A stretch of DNA of 32,000 nucleotides from Aliivibrio fischeri ES114. GTDB lineage: Bacteria > Pseudomonadota > Gammaproteobacteria > Enterobacterales > Vibrionaceae. The translations under genes and the position numbers were made by a program. Position 1 is the first letter of the stretch; each line of letters opens with the position of its first letter. The stretch is taken from assembly GCF_000011805.1 (NCBI RefSeq), contig NC_006840.2, one strand, 5' to 3'. Below, piece by piece: positions 9,415 to 18,056 of the stretch. The notes beneath the pieces were generated by a model. It was not told the origin of the DNA. It was given only the letters and a program-made list of their open reading frames with translations, and ran no database searches.

Positions 9415-10164
9415 ATGAACAAATTTAATATTGAAAATCTAGACCTTTTTTACGGACAAAACCAGGCGCTTAAAAACATCAATTTGCCAATTCCCGCAAA
9501 ACAAGTAACAGCATTAATTGGCCCTTCTGGCTGTGGTAAATCAACATTGTTACGTTGTTTAAACCGAATGAATGATTTGATTGAAGGCGTAAAAATCACA
9601 GGTCTTGTTAACCTTGATGGTAACGACATTTACGGAAACATTGATGTAGCAGATCTTCGTATCAAAGTAGGTATGGTATTCCAAAAAGCAAACCCATTCC
9701 CAATGAGCATTTACGAGAACGTTGCTTATGGTTTAAAAGCTCAAGGTGTAAAAGATAAGAAAGTGCTAGATGCAGTAGTCGAGAAATCATTACGTGGTGC
9801 AGCACTATGGGATGAAGTGAAAGATCGTCTTAAATCTCACGCTTTTGGTCTATCAGGTGGTCAACAACAACGTCTTTGTATTGCTCGTACCATTGCAATG
9901 GAACCAGATGTAATCCTAATGGACGAACCAACCTCTGCTCTTGACCCAATTGCAACGCATAAAGTGGAAGAGTTAATGGAAACACTCAAAAAAGATTACA
10001 CCATTGTTATCGTAACTCACTCAATGCAACAAGCTCGTCGTATCTCAGATAAAACTGCCTTCTTCTTAATGGGTGAACTTGTTGAGCACGATGACACACA
10101 AATCATTTTCTCTAATCCAAAAGATGACCGTACACAAGGTTATGTTAACGGTGATTTTGGTTAA
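9415..10164 (+). CDS. pstB: Phosphate ABC transporter ATP-binding protein PstB
   Basis: Walker [13 protein letters not shown] signature LSGGQQQRL, Walker [20 protein letters not shown] precedes the ATG. Confidence 0.96.
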   Translation: MNKFNIENLDLFYGQNQALKNINLPIPAKQVTALIGPSGCGKSTLLRCLNRMNDLIEGVKITGLVNLDGNDIYGNIDVADLRIKVGMVFQKANPFPMSIYENVAYGLKAQGVKDKKVLDAVVEKSLRGAALWDEVKDRLKSHAFGLSGGQQQRLCIARTIAMEPDVILMDEPTSALDPIATHKVEELMETLKKDYTIVIVTHSMQQARRISDKTAFFLMGELVEHDDTQIIFSNPKDDRTQGYVNGDFG

Positions 10165-10202
10165 TTGATTCAAAGAATAATAACAAAGCGATGGAAACTC
10201 TT

Positions 10203-10226
10203 GCCCCTCTAGTTAGGGGCTTTTTT
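10203..10226 (+). terminator. Rho-independent terminator of the pst operon
   Basis: Stem gcccct (10203-10208) / aggggc (10215-10220) followed by TTTTTT (10221-10226). Confidence 0.8.
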
Positions 10227-10288
10227 ATGTTATAACCTTATGTTTTTAATGAATTAATAAGCTCGTTCGCCCACATATTGACCACGAG

Positions 10289-11116
10289 TTATAATTCATA
10301 TTTCTTAAAATAATATAAATTTCGATTATATCTACCTACATAAGGAGCTTTATTTCGCCATGCCGAAGGATGAGAGGTTTTATATATCAAGGTTTCAGTA
10401 TTGTTATACACAGAATCAATCACGTACATAACCAGACCAGATAAGCTAATATCTCCCATAAAAATCAGAGGGGTTTCAATGTCATCTAAACGCTGAGTTT
10501 CTACATACTGGAATTCTTTTTCTAATAGTTCTCTAAAATTCCGATGGAACACACTTCTATTCGTTCCATCGACAGCCCCTTTCATTGTTAATTCACCAGA
10601 ATCCGCTTTTAAATAGAAGTCACCTGTAGTACAAGCATTTATAATTGCAATAGGATTCCAATTTTGAATTCGTCTCTCAAAATAGTCCATTCTATTTGGC
10701 CAAAGCTTAATAAAATTTCTAGTTCTCAATCGTTTTGGGTTCTGTCCTTCAGAGCACTGTTCTTGTAACGCATTAATAACGACTAAAGGATATAATCCAT
10801 CAGGCAACGTTATTGATAATTTTTGTAAAATATACAGTCCATATTCTTCAATTTTACTGCCAGAAAAACCATTAACAGGCCGTGAATTTACAGGTAAGCC
10901 CGTCGTTAAGTCTTTTAAGCCATTGACGACAAACTCATCAACATGAGGGCTTTCTGTCACAATAAGAATTGGTCGTTGGTATATATTTATATGTTTTTGG
11001 TATTCATTCAAACCAACAAAAATACTTTTATGATTTAAAGTTCTCCTAAACTGGATATTGCTATTTTTTACTACAAAAACACCAAATATTTCATCATCAC
11101 AAACTTTAAATTTCAT
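10289..11116 (-). CDS. Hypothetical protein with an ordered uracil-DNA-glycosylase-superfamily-like motif set (orphan gene)
   Basis: 275-aa ORF with SD AGGTG 6 nt before the ATG at 11116 (the track GTG at 11125 lies inside the SD). Motifs occur in UDG order: ILIVTESPH, RPVNGFSGSKI, LVVINALQEQC, IAIINACTTG, YKTSHPSAWRN. The coding call is solid; the function is inferred from motif resemblance only. Confidence 0.75.
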   Translation of the reverse strand: MKFKVCDDEIFGVFVVKNSNIQFRRTLNHKSIFVGLNEYQKHINIYQRPILIVTESPHVDEFVVNGLKDLTTGLPVNSRPVNGFSGSKIEEYGLYILQKLSITLPDGLYPLVVINALQEQCSEGQNPKRLRTRNFIKLWPNRMDYFERRIQNWNPIAIINACTTGDFYLKADSGELTMKGAVDGTNRSVFHRNFRELLEKEFQYVETQRLDDIETPLIFMGDISLSGLVMYVIDSVYNNTETLIYKTSHPSAWRNKAPYVGRYNRNLYYFKKYEL

Positions 11117-11386
11117 AAATAACACCTAACCACGAACATAATAGAAAAACGTTGAACACCATAAACGGTTACACTTCTTCTGAATGATCAAATATTACAT
11201 TAGTAATATAAGACTAATATGCTGAAAAATTCACATATTAAGCATTACGTCTAAAAACTCGCTCCGCTTTAAAGACCTAATAGTTGTATTTTTTGTTAAA
11301 ACATGTAACCGAATGGTTATTTTAATGGACTTGTTATATCAAATATGAATAATAGACTCAACTACATTGAAATTACGGATAATTAT

Positions 11387-11977
11387 ATGAAGTTATTGAG
11401 TTTTCTATTATTTATTTTCTTTTCTATTTCAGCTCATGCTGATAAGTCAGGGTATTACATAACGACTAACCTAGAAAATTCTTCTGTTACTTTTCTTGGC
11501 GTTCAAACCGATCTCGATCAAGGTTATAACATTAAAGGAGGTTATGACTTTCCTATCAGTGAAACCTTTTATATGTCTGTTGAACTAGAATACAACAACA
11601 TGGGAGCCTTCGATTACGATTGGGCTGATGATAACGAATTTGCCAAAAGTCATATTGATGCACACTTCTTCGGCGCTAATTTGAAGTATCGAGCTTATGT
11701 TTTTGACTCCGACTTTTTCATCACCAGTATGTTTGGTTACGGTTATTATTATTTAGATATGGATGTTAACTTCTATCTAGAAGATGGTGGAAAAGGCTAT
11801 ATCGCAAATGGTTCTCAAAGCCGCAGTGCTCTTGGCTTATCTTATGGTTTTGAAGCCGGTTATGATTTTACTGAACACCTTGCTTTAACTGTCGGTCACA
11901 ATATTGCTAGAGCTATCATGGATGGTATTGGTTACGACTTTGGTACGTCATACCTAGGTTTAAGTTATAAATTCTAA
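11387..11977 (+). CDS. Small outer-membrane beta-barrel protein (OmpX/OmpW-size, OMP_b-brl-like)
   Basis: Signal peptide MKLLSFLLFIFFSISAHA|D, alternating aromatic/Gly beta-strand pattern, and C-terminal ...YLGLSYKF ending in Phe. I prefer the ATG at 11387 over the track start at 11345 because the signal peptide begins there. Confidence 0.8.
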   Translation: MKLLSFLLFIFFSISAHADKSGYYITTNLENSSVTFLGVQTDLDQGYNIKGGYDFPISETFYMSVELEYNNMGAFDYDWADDNEFAKSHIDAHFFGANLKYRAYVFDSDFFITSMFGYGYYYLDMDVNFYLEDGGKGYIANGSQSRSALGLSYGFEAGYDFTEHLALTVGHNIARAIMDGIGYDFGTSYLGLSYKF

Positions 11978-12029
11978 CTTTCTCCCGACATAACAAGTTG
12001 TTTGGATCATTTCATTCCATTTAAAATAT

Positions 12030-12066
12030 GAGTACACTTGTTTTAATTATTACAACAGGTGTACTC
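12030..12066 (+). promoter_or_regulatory. 12-bp hairpin whose 3' arm contains the yccT Shine-Dalgarno sequence
   Basis: gagtacacttgt (12030-12041) pairs with acaggtgtactc (12055-12066): 11 Watson-Crick pairs plus 1 G-U, with a 13-nt AU loop. The SD AGGTG (12057-12061) is inside the stem and the ATG is at 12069. No T-run follows, so it is not a terminator. Confidence 0.5.
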
Positions 12067-12068
12067 CT

Positions 12069-12698
12069 ATGAAAATACAATCTATTTTTGCTGCTAGCTT
12101 CTGTCTTCTTTCATCTATTTCAGCACATGCGGCCATTCAATTAACTGTACCTGACGAAGTTGAACTGATTCTTGTTGATAACCAAGAAGTAAAGCTTGAG
12201 AGCTCATTCTTTTCTACTACATCAACGCTTGATTTAGAAAATGGTAAACATCAAATTGTTTTTAGATATAACCCTGTATTCAAGCAAGGTAAAGATAACA
12301 TCATTGTATCAAGCGACATCATCGTCTCGACATTTTCTGCAGAAGATAAAGAAATAAGCTTTAAGTTCCCAACCTATAACTCTCCTGAAAAAGCTAAAGC
12401 ATTTAATCGCGATCTAAATTGGGAGTTAATAGATAAAAACAATAATAGTATTCCTTTCGCTCAGTCACAATTGATCTACAACGGAATGCAAGTTGGTCGA
12501 AATATTCAATTCGAAGTCGCAAAATTTAATACTACAGAGCACCCTGCTGCCTTTAAAGAAGGTATGGTTACCGTAACTCATAAAGAAATTAAAAATGAGC
12601 AAGGTGATAATACAGCAGAACAAATGCTGCATTATTGGTATGAGAAAGCCGATCAAGCTACAAAAGAACGCTTCTTAAAATCAATTACTAATAAGTAA
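12069..12698 (+). CDS. yccT: UPF0319/DUF2057 periplasmic protein YccT
   Basis: Signal peptide MKIQSIFAASFCLLSSISAHA|A. The C-terminal EQMLHYWYEKADQATKERFLKSI resembles recalled E. coli YccT ([23 protein letters not shown]). Confidence 0.85.
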   Translation: MKIQSIFAASFCLLSSISAHAAIQLTVPDEVELILVDNQEVKLESSFFSTTSTLDLENGKHQIVFRYNPVFKQGKDNIIVSSDIIVSTFSAEDKEISFKFPTYNSPEKAKAFNRDLNWELIDKNNNSIPFAQSQLIYNGMQVGRNIQFEVAKFNTTEHPAAFKEGMVTVTHKEIKNEQGDNTAEQMLHYWYEKADQATKERFLKSITNK

Positions 12699-12722
12699 AT
12701 TTATCCACATCAAAGGAATTGT

Positions 12723-13118
12723 ATGGGTAAAAATGGACTTGGATTTACCTTAATCGAACTCGTTATTGCGATTACTGTTGCGGCAGTAATTGCAATTATC
12801 GCTATTCCAAAATTTTTTAGCTACACCTCAGAATCCTATATTGCTCAAGCAGAAGGGATTGCTCAAAATTTTGAACAAAGTGTTCGATTAACCCAATATC
12901 GCTGGATTGCTAATGGCAATTTACAGTCAGGAAATGATGTTCAAGGTTTTGCTAATGATCAACTTGATGTAAACCTAAATGGCTTTCCTATTGGTATTAA
13001 TAAAAACAACCCAATGGCACAACCAAATAACATTGGTAGAGGTAAAAAAGGGTGTAATGATCTTTGGAATACACTCTTAATTGATCCACCTAGTGTTTCT
13101 CATAAAAAAAAAGACTGA
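12723..13118 (+). CDS. Type IV pilin-like protein (prepilin N-terminal cleavage/methylation domain), apparently truncated at an A9 run
   Basis: MGKNGLG|FTLIELVIAITVAAVIAIIAIP is a classic prepilin peptidase site with Glu+5. SD GGA lies upstream. The ORF ends at TGA 13116-13118, directly after the homopolymer. Confidence 0.85.
   Translation: MGKNGLGFTLIELVIAITVAAVIAIIAIPKFFSYTSESYIAQAEGIAQNFEQSVRLTQYRWIANGNLQSGNDVQGFANDQLDVNLNGFPIGINKNNPMAQPNNIGRGKKGCNDLWNTLLIDPPSVSHKKKD
13104..13112 (+). repeat. A9 homopolymer at the pilin frame break
   Basis: Nine consecutive A, counted in the sequence (cat aaaaaaaaa gac). Confidence 0.95.
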
Positions 13119-13284
13119 CTCTGATTTTCTATCAATACGTTATAGCAGTGAAGACAGTAGTTTTCAGGATGCTTGCTACTACATAAATAAGCATTACCAA
13201 TACACAGCTGATCCGCTTACTTCTGGCATTGTTATTTCGTATAACTCAACAACAGGTAAAGTTATTGTGATAACACATTTATAA
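13114..13284 (+). pseudogene. +1-frame continuation of the pilin gene (C-terminal region carrying the second Cys)
   Basis: The frame is open from the A-run to TAA at 13282-13284 (TDSDFLSIRYSSEDSSFQDACYYINKHYQYTADPLTSGIVISYNSTTGKVIVITHL). Loss of one A fuses it to 12723..13112, giving about 186 aa. Confidence 0.6.
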
Positions 13285-13287
13285 AAA

Positions 13288-13315
13288 AAAGGCTTATCAA
13301 CAATGATAAGCCTTT
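13288..13315. terminator. Bidirectional terminator between the pilin gene and the convergent MCP gene
   Basis: Perfect 12-bp stem aaaggcttatca / tgataagccttt with loop acaa. The A8 run upstream gives a T-run on the minus strand. Confidence 0.8.
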
Positions 13316-13332
13316 CATTCTTACAGTTAATA

Positions 13333-14973
13333 TTACACTCTAAATTGTGACACCAATTGATCTAATCGCTCACATTGCTCGGATAATAAAGCACAAGCGC
13401 TTTCTGATTGGTTTACCATTTCAACCATTTGTCTACTGTTATCAGTAATTCGTTGAACGTTATTATTAACATCTTCGCTCACTTGGCTTTGTTGATTAGC
13501 AGCCGTTGCAATATGTGTATTCATATCGTTCATAACAATAATGGCATTGGTAATTTGAGCTAAAGATTGTGATGCTTGATTAGCTAACTCTATTGTTTCA
13601 ACACCACTCTGATTACTCGCATTAATCGCTTGTACCGCTTCTTTTGCACCTAGTTGAAGGCGTTCGATCATTTTTTGAATTTCACCAGTGCTATCTTGAG
13701 TCTTACTTGCTAGCGCTCTTACTTCATCAGCAACAACAGCAAAACCTCGCCCTTGTTCACCCGCACGAGCTGCTTCAATCGCTGCATTAAGTGCCAATAA
13801 GTTGGTTTGCTCAGCAATACCTTTAATCACATCTAAAATAGAGGCAATATTTGCAACATCAGTATCTAATGTTTGAATCACTTTGCCAGCCTGATTTATC
13901 TCATCCGCTAAACTCTGAATTGACCCCACAGTTTGTTGAAGAATATTATCAGTAACCTCCACTTCCGCAGTCGCTCCTTGACTCGCCTCCGCAGCGTCAT
14001 TCGCATTCTCATTAACCGTCGAACTTGTTACTTGCATTTCATGCACAGCTGCTGCAACTACTTCACTCTCTTGTTGCTGATTCATCGAGAATTGAGCTAC
14101 GTTTTGAGTTTGTGCTTTAATACTTTCCATTTCAGCACGTACAGCATTAGATGAGGCTATAACCTCTTGTACTGTTCCGTGAATTTTAGAAATAAACTGA
14201 TTGAACGCTTGGGCTAACTTTCCTAGTTCATCAGTAGAATCAATGCTAATTCGTTTTGATAAATCACCTTCACCAGAGGCAACATCCGACATTGCACTTT
14301 CAAGTGAACGAATCGGTTTTACGATCCAATTAATCGATAGCCAAAGGGCTAACATAGCAACAATAATCGCACTAATCGCACTAACTTGAGAAACCAGTTT
14401 CCCAAACTCTATACCTGTTTGACTTTGTTCTCTTAGCTTAACTTGTTCCGCCATAATTAAACGACTAATTGATTTTAGTTGTTTTCTAATGACTTTAAAT
14501 TGTTTCTCTAGCTCTGCACTATTTTGAGCATAATAAACTTGAGCAGTTTCAGGATGCTCAAATAACGGTTCGTAAAGTTGAATCCATCTTTGAGTTGCCG
14601 TTACCAAAACAGTCAATTCTGATGCCGTATTCATAGACAGAATCTGGTTGTCATATAAATCTTGTACTTTTTTCATTCTAGGAACGGCTTTATACGCATT
14701 ATCTTTGAATTCAAAAGTATGATGTTCAATATCCACTTGAGACTTTGACAACATAAGACCTTGAGTTGCAGCGATAACTTGATAAAGATCGCGATAGGCA
14801 TCTTCCAGGCTATCGTTAACAGGTTCTACTAACTCAACAAGCGTGTGATTCATTTCTGTCTGTTTATTTAAATTCACAATATTCAAAACAGAAATAACAC
14901 TAAATAATAGAACAACAGCAATAATCGGCATTGCTATTTTGTAACTGATTGATAAACGTCCAATTAGCTTCAT
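13333..14973 (-). CDS. Methyl-accepting chemotaxis protein (helical periplasmic sensor, HAMP, MA domain)
   Basis: Two TM segments, a HAMP region ([23 protein letters not shown]...[13 protein letters not shown]) and the highly conserved signalling hairpin [41 protein letters not shown] is present. Confidence 0.93.
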   Translation of the reverse strand: MKLIGRLSISYKIAMPIIAVVLLFSVISVLNIVNLNKQTEMNHTLVELVEPVNDSLEDAYRDLYQVIAATQGLMLSKSQVDIEHHTFEFKDNAYKAVPRMKKVQDLYDNQILSMNTASELTVLVTATQRWIQLYEPLFEHPETAQVYYAQNSAELEKQFKVIRKQLKSISRLIMAEQVKLREQSQTGIEFGKLVSQVSAISAIIVAMLALWLSINWIVKPIRSLESAMSDVASGEGDLSKRISIDSTDELGKLAQAFNQFISKIHGTVQEVIASSNAVRAEMESIKAQTQNVAQFSMNQQQESEVVAAAVHEMQVTSSTVNENANDAAEASQGATAEVEVTDNILQQTVGSIQSLADEINQAGKVIQTLDTDVANIASILDVIKGIAEQTNLLALNAAIEAARAGEQGRGFAVVADEVRALASKTQDSTGEIQKMIERLQLGAKEAVQAINASNQSGVETIELANQASQSLAQITNAIIVMNDMNTHIATAANQQSQVSEDVNNNVQRITDNSRQMVEMVNQSESACALLSEQCERLDQLVSQFRV

Positions 14974-15106
14974 AACCTCTCCTAAGGCAAACCAGCACTA
15001 ATATTTTTTTGGATATTATCAAATAACATTACAAACATAATTATAAATAACGTGAATATATGAAATGAATTTCATTCACCATTATTTTAAACGCGCAATT
15101 AATTTC

Positions 15107-18025
15107 TTATTTAAAAAAAGCATCCAGTGCCAAAATAGCAGCGCCATAAACCTGACTTATTTCGTCATTTCTGCACAAAGATATATCGTTATTTTTACCA
15201 TATTGCTCATATTGGTGACATAACGTATGTAGCTGCATTAAGCCCATACTACCTGCCGAACCTTTTAGTTTATGAGCCAATTGATTCACTTGATAACAAT
15301 CTTGATTTGAAATTGCCGTTTGTAACTCCTCTAAATTTTCTTTAGAAGACGTTTTAAAAACACCGACAATTTTACGCATTCGGTCTTCACCTAATACGTT
15401 AATATCACCTTGCAATACTTTTTCATTTAATATCATTTCATTTTCCTCTGTTTCGATTCCAGCTTCCATCTCTAGTTGTAAACTCGGAATAATGACGGGA
15501 GCTTTCAAATTTGACTTCCCATCATTTAAGATGCGATTCAATGTGCTTACTAATTGATTTTCAACCAATGGTTTTGCTAAAAAGCCATTAAAACCGGCAG
15601 AAAGATAACTCTCTACATCTTCATGAAAAACATGTGCCGAAACCGCTAACATTGGGAGTTCGTCTTGGTGGTCGTCTTTTGTCGCATAAATTTCTCTTAG
15701 ACGTTTTTGTAAGGTCACACCATCCGTATCAGGTAAATTAATATCTAACAGAAGTAAATCAAATTGATGCTTTTCAATGGCTTCTTCGGCTTTTTTACCT
15801 GTATCTACAGCAATAACATGATGTCCTAGGCGTTCTAGAAAACCAATGGCAACCATCTGATTGACTGGATTATCTTCCACTAAAAGAATATTAACAGGTG
15901 CGATATCTATTGCTGTTTTATCATCACTCAATGATTCAACAGGCTGACCTTCATCAAGCTCAAGGGAGAACCAAAATGTACTACCTTGACCTTCTATAGA
16001 TTCGACACCAATCTCGCCATCCATCGCTTCAATTAGGCGTTGACTAATGGCTAAACCCAACCCTGTTCCACCACTAACTTTCATACCCTCTTCAGCTTGA
16101 GTGAATACATCGAATAAAGTATCTATTTCATGCTCAGCAATCCCAACACCAGTATCAATGACTTCAAATAAAAGCGTTGTATCCAAAATAAGGCTTAACT
16201 GAATTGTTACGCTACCTGTATGAGTAAATTTAATTGCATTCCCTACAAAGTTATTTAATACCTGACGAATGCGTGAACAATCACCGCTCCACCACTCAGG
16301 GGTATCAACAGGCACATTAACCGATAATGTAATTCCTTTTTGTTGAGCTCGAGAGCTAAATAAATGATGTACATCCGTAATCATTGATTGAACGCTAAAG
16401 TTCTTCTTACGAATAGATAAATGTCCAGCTTCAATTTTTGAGTAATCCAGTATGTCATTCAATAAATCCAATAAGTTTTCACCACTACGGTTAATGATAT
16501 CAACATACTGTTTTTGTTGAGCAGTTAAACCGCTCCCACGAAGCAGCTCACCGGTTCCAAGTACACCATTTAAAGGAGTTCGAATTTCATGGCTCATAGT
16601 TGCAAGGAACGCTGATTTTGCTCTGTTTGCTTGTTCAGCAAGATCCCTTGCTTTATCGTGGTTAATAATCTCGACATTAAGTCGCTCATTACTCGACTTA
16701 AGCTCTTGGGTTCGTTGTGCTATTTGTAATTCTAAGCTGTCTTTATATTCTTTCAGTTCTTGAGCTGTATCCCTGGCAATAAGAATTGAACGTCCCATAC
16801 GAGCTAACTCATCGTCACCAGTAGTATCCAATTCTATATCTAATTGACCATTAGCTACGTTCGTGATTGCTTCTTCATATTGATTTAATCGTGTAATCAC
16901 ACGTGCATAAACATAACGCCACATGATGTAGATAACTAGGCATAGGCCAAGCATTGTTATTGATATCAATAATTGCTGTACGACTTTCAATACAAAGTTA
17001 ACATCAGCGACCGCTTGTTGAGTTACATCATTTGCCTGTTCAAGTAATTGTGAAATAGTTAAATTAAGCTCTTGAAATTTATGAACGTTTTCATCACCTA
17101 ACAACTTTAGCTTTTGATTTATATTAACCAGCTGAATTAATTCATTAAACAAACGCTCACTCTTCGTTAAATCATTAGCTAGATCAAGCATTTGTTTTGT
17201 TCGACTTGGATCTTCTACCGCTTGCACCCTACGAGTTATAATGGTCATATCTCGAGTAAAATCTTGTCTTAACTTCTCTATTTTTTTGATGTTATGACTG
17301 TTTCTTGCATCATCTATCGTATTGACCACTTTAAAGGTAAGTAAGCGTAATTCATGCAAACGCTCTGCTAAATCCAAATCCGTTTCTACCAGAGTATCCA
17401 ATGCTTTATAAACCGCTTCTTTTTCGCCATTTTCAACTAAATCATATATTTTCACGACATTAGCTATCGTAACGGTATTTGAATTTAATACTTGCGAGCG
17501 TGATAACTCCTCCAAACGAAGAGCGGTTTCTGTTAACTTCTGGCTCTTCTCTTGAATCGTTCGATGCAGGACTACTTTCTCACCAACGCTTTCACCCATT
17601 GTTGCCAAATTATCGACAATGTCTTGAACTTGAAGATCTAAACGAGCTAATAATGCTTTATCAAATGGATAGACACCGAGACCTTTTAAACGGTGATATA
17701 GACTCTCTATCGACTCAAACAGGTCTTTGCCGTATTTTTTTCTATCGTCTTCAGAATCTACTTGTGAGAGTAATTGAGATGTTGAAATGATCTTTGTGCT
17801 TAAATCTGAAATGTAACGCGCTTCAATAACGGCAGGTATTGCCGAATCAATTACCGTTCTTTCTGTTTTTTCTACGTATGAAAAGCCAAGAACACCAACA
17901 ACCGATCCAAATGCCATAAGCGCAATCATCACCATGAATGTGATAAGCAGCTTGCGACCGATCCCTGTAGAAGCAAATAACATAATATTGAAACACTTTG
18001 GAAAAAGAAGTAATGCGGGTATCAT
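15107..18025 (-). CDS. torS: Hybrid sensor histidine kinase TorS (HisKA-HATPase-REC-HPt)
   Basis: H-box SHEIRTPLNG, G-boxes (DTGVGI, GGTGLGLAI), a receiver domain (LLLDINLPDTDG) and a C-terminal HPt (AHKLKGSAGSMG). It is divergent from torT and its architecture is colinear with recalled E. coli TorS. An alternative start is the ATG at 17983 (MLFAST...). Confidence 0.88.
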   Translation of the reverse strand: MIPALLLFPKCFNIMLFASTGIGRKLLITFMVMIALMAFGSVVGVLGFSYVEKTERTVIDSAIPAVIEARYISDLSTKIISTSQLLSQVDSEDDRKKYGKDLFESIESLYHRLKGLGVYPFDKALLARLDLQVQDIVDNLATMGESVGEKVVLHRTIQEKSQKLTETALRLEELSRSQVLNSNTVTIANVVKIYDLVENGEKEAVYKALDTLVETDLDLAERLHELRLLTFKVVNTIDDARNSHNIKKIEKLRQDFTRDMTIITRRVQAVEDPSRTKQMLDLANDLTKSERLFNELIQLVNINQKLKLLGDENVHKFQELNLTISQLLEQANDVTQQAVADVNFVLKVVQQLLISITMLGLCLVIYIMWRYVYARVITRLNQYEEAITNVANGQLDIELDTTGDDELARMGRSILIARDTAQELKEYKDSLELQIAQRTQELKSSNERLNVEIINHDKARDLAEQANRAKSAFLATMSHEIRTPLNGVLGTGELLRGSGLTAQQKQYVDIINRSGENLLDLLNDILDYSKIEAGHLSIRKKNFSVQSMITDVHHLFSSRAQQKGITLSVNVPVDTPEWWSGDCSRIRQVLNNFVGNAIKFTHTGSVTIQLSLILDTTLLFEVIDTGVGIAEHEIDTLFDVFTQAEEGMKVSGGTGLGLAISQRLIEAMDGEIGVESIEGQGSTFWFSLELDEGQPVESLSDDKTAIDIAPVNILLVEDNPVNQMVAIGFLERLGHHVIAVDTGKKAEEAIEKHQFDLLLLDINLPDTDGVTLQKRLREIYATKDDHQDELPMLAVSAHVFHEDVESYLSAGFNGFLAKPLVENQLVSTLNRILNDGKSNLKAPVIIPSLQLEMEAGIETEENEMILNEKVLQGDINVLGEDRMRKIVGVFKTSSKENLEELQTAISNQDCYQVNQLAHKLKGSAGSMGLMQLHTLCHQYEQYGKNNDISLCRNDEISQVYGAAILALDAFFK

Positions 18026-18056
18026 ATCACCAACCTAAAGCCAGTGCGAAGATACC

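Noticed and set aside
10165-11386. Direct repeats flanking the orphan UDG-like gene that might mark an insertion (cacatatt at about 10272 and about 11232; accacga at about 10281 and about 11132)
   Set aside because: The matches are only 7-8 nt in very AT-rich DNA, which is within chance expectation. They are not evidence for att sites.
11423-12130. 17-nt near-identity (16/17) between the signal-peptide cleavage regions of the OMP gene (tctatttcagctcatgc, 11423-11439) and yccT (tctatttcagcacatgc, 12114-12130), both encoding SISAHA
   Set aside because: The match is short. It is explained by a shared AxA signal-peptidase motif plus shared codon bias, and there is no extended homology on either side.
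12465-12656. 63-aa antisense ORF inside yccT
   Set aside because: It is a shadow ORF in AT-rich coding sequence.
13933-14389. ORFs 13933..14154 and 14201..14389, antisense to the MCP gene
   Set aside because: They are shadow ORFs. The MCP signalling domain is unambiguous on the minus strand.
15052-15079. Interrupted inverted repeat gtgaat...attcac downstream of torS as a possible terminator
   Set aside because: The stem is interrupted by a 4-nt bulge and the inner pairing leaves a 2-nt loop. No clean U-run follows on the minus strand. It is too weak to annotate.
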